From positions 186,001 through 250,000 of the IMG/VR virus record IMGVR_UViG_3300021959_006010: a DNA stretch of 64,000 bases; one strand, 5' to 3'. Shown here piece after piece: positions 54,530 through 64,000 of this stretch (positions are counted from its first letter, which is position 1; the number at the start of each line of letters is the position of its first letter). The translations under genes were made by a program, and so were the position numbers. Below the pieces are notes generated by a model. It was given only the letters and a program-made list of their open reading frames with translations, made no database searches and had not been told where the DNA came from.

Positions 54530-54794
54530 CTTTAATAATATAATATGTTTGAACTAATCTGTCAAGTTGTTTTTTAAGAGTAGAGTTAACTTGTGCAAGT
54601 TCGCATAATGTCTTCCACTCTCCGTAATCGAGTAATTCGCCTTGTGCTCTTGCTACACTAGCCGGGTCCCCGCCTATTATCCATCTTGGTTTACTACTAT
54701 GCGGAGGATCTCGATAACGAGCATAAACAACACCATCGCTACGTTCGTATATTAATGCTTCGCCTGGAATAAGTTTATCTTGCATCTGTTTCAT
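54519..54794 (-). CDS. Hypothetical protein
   Basis: 91-aa ORF in an operon. Confidence 0.65.
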   Translation of the reverse strand: MKQMQDKLIPGEALIYERSDGVVYARYRDPPHSSKPRWIIGGDPASVARAQGELLDYGEWKTLCELAQVNSTLKKQLDRLVQTYYIIKDDR

Positions 54795-55406
54795 TTAGAT
54801 TACCTTTAAATTTCCTGATACCGACAAACGTGTAGTATCTGTTTTGAATGGATTAGTGTAATGATCTAAATTAGCTGGAAAAATTATAAAATCTCTATTA
54901 GACGGATAATATGCTAGATAATCTGTTGACTTAAAAATATCCTTGTGTTGGTCTGTACTAAAATATCTAAACACAATATTTCCCGGACAATATTGCATGT
55001 CTACATCTTTTAAATTATTAATTTCTTTAGATAGATCAGGAATGTCAAGATAAAGTACAAACGAAGCATCGCAATCACTATGATAGTGGGGCGGTCTCCA
55101 TTCGTTTTGTTTTTGTATATTAATCCATGCATTAACTAATGTTAATTTTTTGTTGCCGATATTATTAGAACTCCAGTTTCTTTCGTATACATTAACATAC
55201 ATATCAAAATAAGGCTGAAGTGCAGTTTTTAAAAAATTTACACTGTCGTCATCAAAATTATACTCTTCTTCAAGATTTGATAATCTATGATCTAACGGTT
55301 GATTAAGACCTTTAGATCTTTCTAATATATTCAATCTTAAATCTTCCGTTATTTCTGTTTTTAACAGCAACGGTCCCCATTGGGCAAGTGTATAATTTAA
55401 ATTCAT
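54795..55406 (-). CDS. 2OG-Fe(II) oxygenase-family protein
   Basis: AWINIQ...PPHYH, SFVLYL, IIFPANLDHY, RLSVSGN. Confidence 0.75.
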   Translation of the reverse strand: MNLNYTLAQWGPLLLKTEITEDLRLNILERSKGLNQPLDHRLSNLEEEYNFDDDSVNFLKTALQPYFDMYVNVYERNWSSNNIGNKKLTLVNAWINIQKQNEWRPPHYHSDCDASFVLYLDIPDLSKEINNLKDVDMQYCPGNIVFRYFSTDQHKDIFKSTDYLAYYPSNRDFIIFPANLDHYTNPFKTDTTRLSVSGNLKVI

Positions 55407-55913
55407 TTACAACAACTTATCATATTCTATAACTTCGCATTGTCTGCTGATATCTTTTACAAAGTAAGCACACAACGGTTTTTCACCTTCTGTAATAGGA
55501 ACACTTAACAACTGTCCGTTTTTCATTTTAGGAAAATACCATTTGACATCATTGTAAAAATTAACAATCTCAATATCAGCAAATTCAGTCTTATAACTAC
55601 TCAAAGGATTAAACAAAAATGCTTCGAAGCCTCTATTGTTTAAACTTGTAAGTGGAAGTATTTCTAAGTCGTTTCCGCTTTCAGAACAACCTACTGCAAT
55701 ACTCCAATCAACCGGCATTGTAATCTCATGCCCACCTATTCTTAAAACCATTGCCGGAGCACTAAAGGATTCTAAAAAAATTAAAGGTATAAAAAAGAAA
55801 TCTGGTTCTTTTGGGTCACTATTGTCTAATACGCTAAATCGTATATCTTCGTCTATTTCTTCAGGCAATTTATCTAATAAAAAGCACTCATTATCTAATG
55901 TTAATATTCTCAT
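55407..55913 (-). CDS. Conserved hypothetical protein
   Basis: 168-aa ORF directly after the UvsW-like gene. Confidence 0.65.
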   Translation of the reverse strand: MRILTLDNECFLLDKLPEEIDEDIRFSVLDNSDPKEPDFFFIPLIFLESFSAPAMVLRIGGHEITMPVDWSIAVGCSESGNDLEILPLTSLNNRGFEAFLFNPLSSYKTEFADIEIVNFYNDVKWYFPKMKNGQLLSVPITEGEKPLCAYFVKDISRQCEVIEYDKLL

Positions 55914-57377
55914 TTATTTCCAATCCACTTTTTCTATTGTAAAGGGATATTGGGCTTCCTTGTAAAATTTCTTTCTTTGGGTAAGGTGCCGCTTCGCAAA
56001 CTTACAAGTACTTGTAAGATCCCATATTTGAACGAAGTCTTTGTCCTTTGCCTTTCTTACGCCTCTACCAATACTTTGAATAACCCTAACAAAAGACTTG
56101 CCAGGCTCAATAAGAACAAGATTAAAGATACGCGGTATATTAATCCCAACGGCTGCGACTCCATAGGTTGCGATAACAACATGATTAGTCCCTTCATTAA
56201 TTTCATCGTAAGCTTCCTTCCTGTCTTTTAATTTAACATCGCCTTTGACAAAGGTCGATCCTGGTATAAGTTCTTGTAGCATTTCGCCTGCACTAATACG
56301 GTCTACAAGTATTAGAGTATTGCCTGATTCTTTTACATTGTTTAATATTTTGCCTAAGTATTCTACTCGTTCTTTATTTGTAACTAGATATTTTAATTCT
56401 TCTTGATAATTAGTATGTGCTACTGTATCCATTAACTGTACAATATTAACATGGCATTGAGATAACACACCTTTGTCTTGTAATTCCTTAGCACTAATCT
56501 GTCCTATAACAGGACCTAAACTAGCATGTATACTTTCAAATTCAAACTTTTCTTTAGGTACTGTGCCAGTTAGTCCCCAACGTATAGGAGCGTTGCGTAG
56601 GTTGCGTGTAAGCAGATTCTTTAGCACCTCTGCCTTTGCTTGGTGTACTTCGTCGACAATAATAGTGCTGACACCGTCTAAGAACTCTGCGAGACTTAGT
56701 ACTGCACTGCCGTCTTTGAACTTCTTGTCTAGAATGTTCAAGCTCTGCCATGTACAGATAGTGTGAGTCTTACCTAACTCTTTTCTGTCTCCGAAGTACA
56801 CCCCTACGTCTAACCCACAATTGATGTAGTCTTCTTCTGTTTGTGTAACAAGTGACTTGTTAGGCACAATTACAAGACTACGTCCGTACGGCTCACTTAT
56901 GTGTGACAGTGTGGCTGTGGTAATTGTTTTACCTGCACCTGTTGCAATCTCTTGCAAGCTCTGTGGGTTTTGTAAAAAGTTGTTGATTGCTGTAACTTGA
57001 TAGTCACGCAACATGATCAGTTCACCCTCTGCCGGGTGTCCTTTGGGCCAACGCACATCCATGTCAGCCCAATAGCTTTCTGTAATAGGCTGAAAGTCTA
57101 ATTTAATAGGATGTCGTCTGTCTTCAATGTCTACAATATTTACTTTGTTCTTTTCAAGAACATCAACAATGACATCAAGATGATTAACGTAGCCTGTGCC
57201 GCCAATACCAAAGAAAGCAACTTTACCGTCCCATCTTCCCAATTTATACTGGGGCATGTATCGAGCATAAGGCACTTCAAACTTAAGAGCATTGGAGAGT
57301 TTTCGTCTGACATCTACATCTAATCCTTCTAGTTTGATGTTTACTTCATCTTCGATTATTAGTTTGCAACTACTCAT
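55914..57377 (-). CDS. uvsW: UvsW-like SF2 DNA helicase
   Basis: LRDYQ, IATGAGKT, IVDEVH, GLTGT, IATYGVAAVGINIP, QSIGRGVR. Confidence 0.88.
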   Translation of the reverse strand: MSSCKLIIEDEVNIKLEGLDVDVRRKLSNALKFEVPYARYMPQYKLGRWDGKVAFFGIGGTGYVNHLDVIVDVLEKNKVNIVDIEDRRHPIKLDFQPITESYWADMDVRWPKGHPAEGELIMLRDYQVTAINNFLQNPQSLQEIATGAGKTITTATLSHISEPYGRSLVIVPNKSLVTQTEEDYINCGLDVGVYFGDRKELGKTHTICTWQSLNILDKKFKDGSAVLSLAEFLDGVSTIIVDEVHQAKAEVLKNLLTRNLRNAPIRWGLTGTVPKEKFEFESIHASLGPVIGQISAKELQDKGVLSQCHVNIVQLMDTVAHTNYQEELKYLVTNKERVEYLGKILNNVKESGNTLILVDRISAGEMLQELIPGSTFVKGDVKLKDRKEAYDEINEGTNHVVIATYGVAAVGINIPRIFNLVLIEPGKSFVRVIQSIGRGVRKAKDKDFVQIWDLTSTCKFAKRHLTQRKKFYKEAQYPFTIEKVDWK

Positions 57378-58648
57378 ACAATTTTATCCATTGAATAATA
57401 TGGCTTTCTTAAAAAAGAAAAATTTGATTCTTTTTCGTCGTGTATCAAAACTAAGTCAGTTCCTTCTAGCCAAGATTCAAATTTCGAACTAGTTCTATAA
57501 CTCGAAAGTAATAATACAGACTTAAAATTCCAGTCTGCTTTTAAAAGAGGCTTTGACATTTTACTTTTACTAGTATAAACTACTTTAGTATTTTTGTCAA
57601 CATAATTGTTTAATTGCTTGTCTTTAACATAATAATTAAAATCGGTTTCGCCGTCTAATCTAAACATTACGCTTATTTCTTGAGACATTAGTCTATTACG
57701 TAATATCTCGTAAGTGTTTAATAATTGAGATTCTGCTTGATACTCATCGCATACTATTAAAAGAGGAAACCGTTCTAATTCAAAAAACGAATCTAATACT
57801 GATTGTAAATTTCTAGAATTACGATCAACAAACACAGAACCTGTTGATCTATTTGCGATTCTAACTGAAAGGTCACTAAACTTTTTAGAACTTTTGTTTA
57901 AGGCGTCTTCGTCAAAATATCGAAGTCCATACATTAAACTCCTGTCTTTATAAAGTAGTAAATTATCTTCGTCTGGTTTTCCTAATTCAGAATTTAATGT
58001 GTTATTTGCATTTTCTGAAATGTTACATAAATTATAATTATAAACTCCGGGTATGTACGAATCTCTATTATCGTTAAAAGTTTCTATTTCTTTGTAAATG
58101 TCTAATACTTCTTGAGAAATTACAAAGTTAGAATTAGAAAATAGTTTAACTAAATTATAAAGATTATTTTCTTTTAATAAAAAGAAATGTTCATGAGATC
58201 CTTTTTCGTGATGATAGGACCTATCCATTCTTGCTTTATTCACTATGATTTGTAATTTAGATATATCCTTTTTCGAGAACGGAAAACGAACTTTAATCCA
58301 TTTCCAATTTTGCTTGTATGATTCGTATACGTTGTTAGGACCTACCATTTCTGCATGACTAACAATTTTAATATATTTGCTACGATCTATTTCTCGCAAT
58401 GGCTGTCTTAGATTATCGATTGCTGAATCAAAATCATAACCGTTTTCGATAAATTGATCGCGATAATCTAAAAGCTTTGATTGCATTAACGCATGTTGTC
58501 TATCAGTTAATGCTGTGCCTCTAAACGATTGCCTTGCTATGCTTTGCATAATAGTTGCATCGTTTTGATTAAGTTTTAGATTGTTGCTTCTATGCAATCC
58601 AGCAATTAATTCTAAGAGATCTTCAATTGTAGTAATATCATTTTTCAT
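57374..58648 (-). CDS. Hypothetical protein
   Basis: 424-aa ORF after a sigma70-like promoter (~58680). Confidence 0.7.
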   Translation of the reverse strand: MKNDITTIEDLLELIAGLHRSNNLKLNQNDATIMQSIARQSFRGTALTDRQHALMQSKLLDYRDQFIENGYDFDSAIDNLRQPLREIDRSKYIKIVSHAEMVGPNNVYESYKQNWKWIKVRFPFSKKDISKLQIIVNKARMDRSYHHEKGSHEHFFLLKENNLYNLVKLFSNSNFVISQEVLDIYKEIETFNDNRDSYIPGVYNYNLCNISENANNTLNSELGKPDEDNLLLYKDRSLMYGLRYFDEDALNKSSKKFSDLSVRIANRSTGSVFVDRNSRNLQSVLDSFFELERFPLLIVCDEYQAESQLLNTYEILRNRLMSQEISVMFRLDGETDFNYYVKDKQLNNYVDKNTKVVYTSKSKMSKPLLKADWNFKSVLLLSSYRTSSKFESWLEGTDLVLIHDEKESNFSFLRKPYYSMDKIV

Positions 58649-58679
58649 AAGTTAATTATAACTTAAGATTAAGAAAAAG

Positions 58680-59438
58680 TCAAGATCTTTCTATATCTTC
58701 TTCAGTGCAGTCAGTACCATATTGAATTTCTACTAACTTTAAAGGTTCAGAAGATTCGTTAGCAAGCTGATGCCATGTGTTTGCAGGAATATGCAAATTT
58801 TGGTGCTTTGTGTAAACGCCGTAAAGTTCTACATCAGTTGCAGTATTTAAAGTATAAACTGTTGCAGTTCCTTGATCAACAAACCAGTGCTCGCTTCGTT
58901 TTTGATGGCGTTGCATTGATAGATGTTGTCCTGGTTCTACTGTTAATTCTTTCACTTTTACTTCCTTTCCTGATCTATGCAAGACTCGATAATATCCCCA
59001 CGGCCTTTCAGTCTTGTCAGTTTTCCAGTCTTCTAATAACCAACTGCTTGAATTCTTTTTATTTTCGCCGCCGACGCCAAACACAAACTCTACATCTGTA
59101 AATTTCATTTCCGGTATATTAGAGCGTGATCGATCACCGCCATTTGCGAATACAACTTTTGTCCGACTGCCCTTTGTAGATAGTACTTGAAATATTGCAT
59201 TATTAGCAGTATCATCTTCGTCTCGAAAACCAATAACTTCGTCTACACATGCAAGTTCTTTTATAATTGCACAACGTTCTTCAAAGGGCATAAAAGGCCT
59301 GCCTTTTTTACGAGCAAGCCATTCGTCTGAATTAACACCTACCACAAGATGATCGCCTAATTCTTTTGCTGATTTAAAATATTCTATATGTCCACTATGC
59401 AGTGGATCAAAACCACCAGTAACTAAAACTACCTTCAT
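58680..59438 (-). CDS. Cytidylyltransferase (RfaE/TagD-like) fused to a type II mannose-6-phosphate isomerase cupin
   Basis: GGFDPLHSGH, VFANGGDR, NSSSW; ERPWGYY, LSMQRH..RSEHW, LVEIQYG..C.EEDIER. Confidence 0.85.
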   Translation of the reverse strand: MKVVLVTGGFDPLHSGHIEYFKSAKELGDHLVVGVNSDEWLARKKGRPFMPFEERCAIIKELACVDEVIGFRDEDDTANNAIFQVLSTKGSRTKVVFANGGDRSRSNIPEMKFTDVEFVFGVGGENKKNSSSWLLEDWKTDKTERPWGYYRVLHRSGKEVKVKELTVEPGQHLSMQRHQKRSEHWFVDQGTATVYTLNTATDVELYGVYTKHQNLHIPANTWHQLANESSEPLKLVEIQYGTDCTEEDIERS

Positions 59439-59893
59439 TATAGAGTTGCATCTTCCATTCCTGCTACACGTAGTTTAACTACGTTAGTAATTTGCCATTG
59501 TTTTTGATCAAGTGCTTTGAGTACACCTAACCATTTGTTACGCATTAGTGCAAATTCGTTGATAATCTTTTCATAGTCAACAACGTCTGCCTCACCGTCG
59601 ACATATTTTTCAACGTCACGGCTTGACAGAGCTCGTTGATAATTTTCAAGATATTTTTTGAAATACGAGCTACGCAATCTACGTAGCTCGATATTTAGAT
59701 AATTTAGGATTGCTTCAATTTCTTGAAGCTGATTAAATCGATGTTCGACAATACCAGGCATAGCGGCTGCACTTTTTTCAACATTGCCCACAAGTTTGCA
59801 TTCTGCTTTAGCTTGTGTAAGTTCAGTTTCGTAATATGCAACAGCTTGTGGTATTTTACTAACATCACGAGAAATCTCGCTATACCAGCCCAT
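59438..59893 (-). CDS. uvsY: UvsY-like recombination mediator
   Basis: Helical protein with ...SSRDVEKYVDGE... and KALDQKQWQI; adjacent to RecA/UvsX. Confidence 0.7.
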   Translation of the reverse strand: MGWYSEISRDVSKIPQAVAYYETELTQAKAECKLVGNVEKSAAAMPGIVEHRFNQLQEIEAILNYLNIELRRLRSSYFKKYLENYQRALSSRDVEKYVDGEADVVDYEKIINEFALMRNKWLGVLKALDQKQWQITNVVKLRVAGMEDATL

Positions 59894-60135
59894 TACTCAT
59901 CCCATTCGTTATAATCATCGTCGCTTTCGTCATCCATATAAGATCCAACATCTAGATAATAATTAATTGCTACATCTAAAAATGCATCGTGACCGAGTAA
60001 ACTTAAAAATGTTTCGTCGTCAACACCATAGTCAGCAAGCAAATCAATATATTTTTCAGTAATTATATCAATTTGCTTTTTATCTAAATATTCTTTAAAA
60101 AGACTCCATACATCCAGGATTTGTTCTTCATTCAT
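59893..60135 (-). CDS. Acidic hypothetical protein
   Basis: 80-aa ORF with overlaps on both sides. Confidence 0.65.
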   Translation of the reverse strand: MNEEQILDVWSLFKEYLDKKQIDIITEKYIDLLADYGVDDETFLSLLGHDAFLDVAINYYLDVGSYMDDESDDDYNEWDE

Positions 60136-61219
60136 TAGTTAGTGCTTCCTCAACAAAGGTATCAGTTGCTTCTTCGTCAACTTCAGGGGTATTTACCACA
60201 GAAGCTTCTCTAATTAAGTAATCTGACATTACCTTGTCAAGTAAATCACCATTCCAATTTTTACGGTATTCAAGTAGTTCTTCGCCTTCTACAGTTTCAT
60301 ACTTTAGACGATTGCCTTGCTTAACAATAACGCCTTTTGCTTCAAACAGTTCGAGCAAGCCGCTATATGGATTCATACCTGTTTCATATGGAATCTTAAC
60401 TTGTACACCTTCAAACGGTTTAGCATAACGTGTTTTCATAACCTTACAGGCTGCACGAATACCACGTACTTCACTAATCTTGTTACCGTCTTCATCTTCT
60501 TTTAGTTTCAACTTCTTCATTGCAACTACAATAGATGATGCATAGATAAAGCCTTGACCGCCGCTAATCTTATCGTCTGGGTCAAACATATCTTGCGATG
60601 CATAAGTGTGGTTAGTTGCTACAAGTCCTACATTATGCGAACCAAACATATTAACAGTGTTACGAACAAGTGATGTTAGTGCTTTAGGCTTACGACCCAT
60701 ATCACCTTTCATATCACCCTTGTTAAACTGGTCTACGTCTGTAGGTGTTAGTAACATACCTAGTGAGTCAACTACAAACAGTACCTTAGGGCGATCTTCT
60801 TCCGCCATTACTTTGTAGTCTGCCATAAACGTACTAATAGTCTTAGCAACATCATCAATCATTGACATATTAAGTTTTAGTAGTTTATCTTCTGATGTAT
60901 CTACATCAAGTGCTTGTAGCCAAGCTTCGTCAAGTGCGTTCTCTGAGTCAATAAGAACTACAAAGATACCTTGGTCTTGTGCTGACTTTACAATGTTACC
61001 AGAACAGATATATGATTTACCTGCACCTGATTCGCCAGCAAACACACTAACTTTACCTAGTGGAATACCTTTATTCCAATCACCTGAAATAAGATAGTTG
61101 AGTGCATAATTGCCTGTACTAATCCAATCAGTGGGATCATTAAATCCTGCACTCATACCTGAAATAGATTTAGTTAAAGAAGTTCGAAACTTAGTAGGAT
61201 CGAATGCTTTATTAGCCAT
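60128..61219 (-). CDS. uvsX: RecA/UvsX recombinase
   Basis: ISTGNYALN, GESGAGKS, IDSENA, VVDSLG, TNHTY, ISGG, KTRY. Confidence 0.92.
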   Translation of the reverse strand: MANKAFDPTKFRTSLTKSISGMSAGFNDPTDWISTGNYALNYLISGDWNKGIPLGKVSVFAGESGAGKSYICSGNIVKSAQDQGIFVVLIDSENALDEAWLQALDVDTSEDKLLKLNMSMIDDVAKTISTFMADYKVMAEEDRPKVLFVVDSLGMLLTPTDVDQFNKGDMKGDMGRKPKALTSLVRNTVNMFGSHNVGLVATNHTYASQDMFDPDDKISGGQGFIYASSIVVAMKKLKLKEDEDGNKISEVRGIRAACKVMKTRYAKPFEGVQVKIPYETGMNPYSGLLELFEAKGVIVKQGNRLKYETVEGEELLEYRKNWNGDLLDKVMSDYLIREASVVNTPEVDEEATDTFVEEALTNE

Positions 61220-61242
61220 ATTAATCTCCTAATCTAAAAAGC

Positions 61243-61279
61243 AAAATGGGTTGCAATCTTCAGACTGCAACCCTTTTAG
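61243..61279 (-). terminator. Intrinsic terminator after the SSB gene
   Basis: AAAAGGGTTGCAG-TCTGAAGA-TTGCAACCCATTTT hairpin on the minus strand. Confidence 0.65.
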
Positions 61280-61281
61280 TA

Positions 61282-62259
61282 TTACTGTCCTTGACGAGCA
61301 CGGATCATTGCAAGAATGTCTTGTGCGCCGCCTGCATCACCTGCTGGTGCAGATTCTTGCGCAGGCGCTGCTACTGGAGCAGGTTCTTGCGCAACTTCCT
61401 GCGCAGGTGCGCTCTGGCTAGTAGCAGTTGCTTGTGCGCTAGGTGCTGTGTTTGGATCACCTGTACGTGCTTGCATACCTGCTGGACGGAAGTAATTACT
61501 CCAACGATCTGCATCATATGCTTCGCCGTCTACTGACGCTTCAAACATTTCCTGCATCACCTTAACAGCCGTTTCGTCTGGCTTTTTAGGTAGGAAGTCA
61601 TTTAGATTAAACAATCCATGTGTGTTGACTGCATTCATCTCTGCATCACCGAGTGGACGATCTCTACGTGCCCAGTTAGATGTTGAATAGTCTGCATATC
61701 CGCCTTTTGAAGTTTTATTAAGACGGAAGTCTACACCTGCTGTGTAATCTGTTGGCAATTCTTCCATATCGGGATCCATAAGAGCCTGTTTAATGATCTG
61801 GAAGATTTGAGGACCAATAATAAATCTACGGATTGGATTTTCCGGAGTAGTGTCCTCTGCTAGTGGATTATCCACAACAAAGCCTTGGAAGATATACGAA
61901 CGCTTTTTCCAATACTTACGACCCATATCTTCTAGACTTGGATCTTTAAACCAGCCACGTACTTCGTTAAGAATGTTACATGTCTCGCCGTACATTTCCA
62001 TACACGGAATTTGTACTTGTACTGGACGTGAGTCAGTTTCACCTTTGATGCCAGCAAATGGAAGTTTAATAACAAGACGCTCTGTCCAGAAAAAAGTATT
62101 GTCTGGATTGCCGTCAGGAAGGAAACGAAGTGTTGCACTTTCGCCTTCTTTCATATTCCAAAATGGGTAAATTCCGTTATCGCCACCGCCGCTATTGTTG
62201 CCGCTTGTACGATTTTCTTGTTCTTTGAGCTTTGCTCGGATTTCTGCTAATGATGCCAT
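61282..62259 (-). CDS. Single-stranded DNA-binding protein (gp32-like)
   Basis: LRFLPDG, Zn-type C..C...C segment, YWKKRSY, KTSKGGYADYSTS; GGAGG RBS. Confidence 0.85.
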   Translation of the reverse strand: MASLAEIRAKLKEQENRTSGNNSGGGDNGIYPFWNMKEGESATLRFLPDGNPDNTFFWTERLVIKLPFAGIKGETDSRPVQVQIPCMEMYGETCNILNEVRGWFKDPSLEDMGRKYWKKRSYIFQGFVVDNPLAEDTTPENPIRRFIIGPQIFQIIKQALMDPDMEELPTDYTAGVDFRLNKTSKGGYADYSTSNWARRDRPLGDAEMNAVNTHGLFNLNDFLPKKPDETAVKVMQEMFEASVDGEAYDADRWSNYFRPAGMQARTGDPNTAPSAQATATSQSAPAQEVAQEPAPVAAPAQESAPAGDAGGAQDILAMIRARQGQ

Positions 62260-62386
62260 AGTTAGTGCCTCCTAAATGTTATGCCTATGTGCTTGTGCCT
62301 AATTCGTATAGCACAGTTAATACTATACGATAGTATTTATCAAAAGTCAACCACTTTTTAATAAATTTTTTCAAAGAATTAGCGGA

Positions 62387-64000
62387 TTATCTTAAACCCG
62401 CTAACTCTCTCATTCTGTTGTATTCAAAGTCTTGTTCTGGTTCTTTATAACCAAATTTTTCTGAGACTAGGTTATTAATTTGTTCAATAAACGCCTTAGC
62501 TGGTTCTATAAACTCTTCGCCATAATCTTTCTCTACCATGGTAAGAACTGCTGTTTCTCCCTTAGGGAATTGTCCGGTGTGCCTATCAAAGTAACTTAGT
62601 ATAAACTCGCCTAATGGAGTCTTTTGATCCTTTTCTAGTGTAATTTCATCACCGTCTGGACCTTGTACCTTGTCGCCTTTTTTCTTGCCATCCATTTTAG
62701 CCTTGCGTATTGCGTGTGCATATGCATTGCCTTCACCCATGCCGTAATCGTCTATAATGTGGTCGTGCATACGTTGTTCGATTTCGTCGTGATCATCATC
62801 TGGATGCCATCCATTATCAACGGCTACATCATCATACATATCTTGTAGATAGTTTTGTATGTCCGGACCCATTTTGCCTCTTAATGCATCTGATAGAAGC
62901 TCTCCACTGTCATCAGCTGCAATCTTTTCCATTGCTTGGATAAGCTGATCTTTCATTGAGCCTTCAGCAAACTGTCCTAATGATTGATCAAATAGCTCTT
63001 CTAAATCATCTTCTTCTTTTACACATGAGCCTTTTTCGCCACGCTTTTTACCAGGAACTTTTTTGTATCCATCCCAGCACTTGTCATACATTTTATCGTT
63101 ACCGTGACGTTCGCCTTCGTCTACTAAATCCTCTGGACCTAGTTCTTTTGCTTTATTTGCTTCGCCTACTAGATTGTAAATGTATGGAAATACATCTTTT
63201 AATTCTTCGTTAAACTGACGAATTGTAAGTTGGTCAACCCAAGAATCTTGTATGTCTTGTGGTACGTCTTCAAATACTGGAGATTCAAAATTTGCAATAG
63301 CATCTTCATAAAAACTTTTCTTTTGGAGACTTTCAATAGTTTTCTTTACAGTGCTAATGCGTTCTTTAACTACATCCATATATTCGCTTAGACTTTCTGC
63401 CATTACAGCAGAACGACCCATATAAGTTTTAAACTTACGTAGTTTGCTCATTTCTTCTGACATGCTTACAATATGTTTGCCAAAATCATCGTAAGCATTT
63501 CCGCCTTCGCTTACATGACGAGCCATTGCTCTTGCACCACTTAAATGTTTAAACGGATATTTAAAACGTTCACCTTCGGCACTTTCGATGTAAATAGCGC
63601 CTACTTTTTGTGTACGTCCAGTAGCACTTTCTTGGTTAATATTTTCTGTGTGCTTAATAATTAAACGTGCATTGTCTATATCTTGATAACTTACACGGCC
63701 TGTTCCGTATAGCTTCGACTCGTTCATTTGTTCGTCTCCAAAAGTATTTTTTGCAAGGTATTGATAATCTCTTTTTTCTAAATTTGATTTATTAATATTT
63801 CTTGTATTAAAATTTAACATACGTTTTTTACTAAATTTACGCAATTCTTTTAAGAAGTTATACCAATCTTTTTTTGATAATTCAGTTTCTCCTTCAACAA
63901 CGTCGGTGGAGTACATAACTGTAATACCATTTTTTTCATCTAAACTTACACTAATTTTTCCTAAGTCAGCATCTTTGCCTTTATAAGGAAATTCAAAAAA
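62387..64000 (-). CDS. Large modular protein (5' truncated by the window edge), probably a head/core protein
   Basis: Frame is open to the window end; acidic modules; CWDGYKKV...GSCVK and EGNAYAHA segments. Confidence 0.6.
   Translation of the reverse strand, partial: FFEFPYKGKDADLGKISVSLDEKNGITVMYSTDVVEGETELSKKDWYNFLKELRKFSKKRMLNFNTRNINKSNLEKRDYQYLAKNTFGDEQMNESKLYGTGRVSYQDIDNARLIIKHTENINQESATGRTQKVGAIYIESAEGERFKYPFKHLSGARAMARHVSEGGNAYDDFGKHIVSMSEEMSKLRKFKTYMGRSAVMAESLSEYMDVVKERISTVKKTIESLQKKSFYEDAIANFESPVFEDVPQDIQDSWVDQLTIRQFNEELKDVFPYIYNLVGEANKAKELGPEDLVDEGERHGNDKMYDKCWDGYKKVPGKKRGEKGSCVKEEDDLEELFDQSLGQFAEGSMKDQLIQAMEKIAADDSGELLSDALRGKMGPDIQNYLQDMYDDVAVDNGWHPDDDHDEIEQRMHDHIIDDYGMGEGNAYAHAIRKAKMDGKKKGDKVQGPDGDEITLEKDQKTPLGEFILSYFDRHTGQFPKGETAVLTMVEKDYGEEFIEPAKAFIEQINNLVSEKFGYKEPEQDFEYNRMRELAGLR

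Noticed and set aside
1-64000. Stop-codon reassignment
   Set aside because: Conserved genes are full-length under code 11, and TAG and TGA act as normal stops.

Overview
A 64-kb segment of a large, AT-rich tailed phage with T4-like replication and late-promoter features. The host is most likely an alphaproteobacterium, possibly Rhodobacteraceae-like. This is inferred from the permuted two-piece tmRNA, 5-aminolevulinate synthase, a porin-like gene and DUF1127 proteins. No database searches were run, so product calls rest on recognised motifs. Layout: (i) 1-32.3 kb is mostly minus strand, with virion/tail genes, nrdAB-grx, tmRNA, a cluster of probable internal-head proteins and auxiliary metabolic genes (porin, rimK-like, nfuA-like, prx, prs, PiT-like transporter, hemA, ybaN-like). 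(ii) About 33.4-44.9 kb is a plus-strand early cassette of ~40 small ORFs with ~23 sigma70-type promoters, three tRNAs and two structured RNAs, bracketed by repeat-rich non-coding blocks. (iii) 45.8-64 kb is a minus-strand replication/recombination module (helicase, carbamoyltransferase, primase, mini-DnaE, UvsW, UvsY, RecA/UvsX, gp32-like SSB). The strongest candidate for a new system: 19 early genes share a non-canonical ribosome-binding motif GAGGGC. A ~150-nt RNA behind the AAA ATPase gene (40064-40212) folds into four hairpins, each displaying the exact complement GCCCUC in its loop, which suggests a multivalent anti-RBS regulator of the early regulon. The first ~3.2 kb of the same cassette is almost free of TC and CC dinucleotides on the coding strand. 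Other notable items are a -1 frameshift signal with a stimulatory hairpin, an IHF-consensus cluster, GCGAAGC mini-hairpins, an unidentified ~134-nt structured RNA and T4-CTS-like N-terminal motifs.
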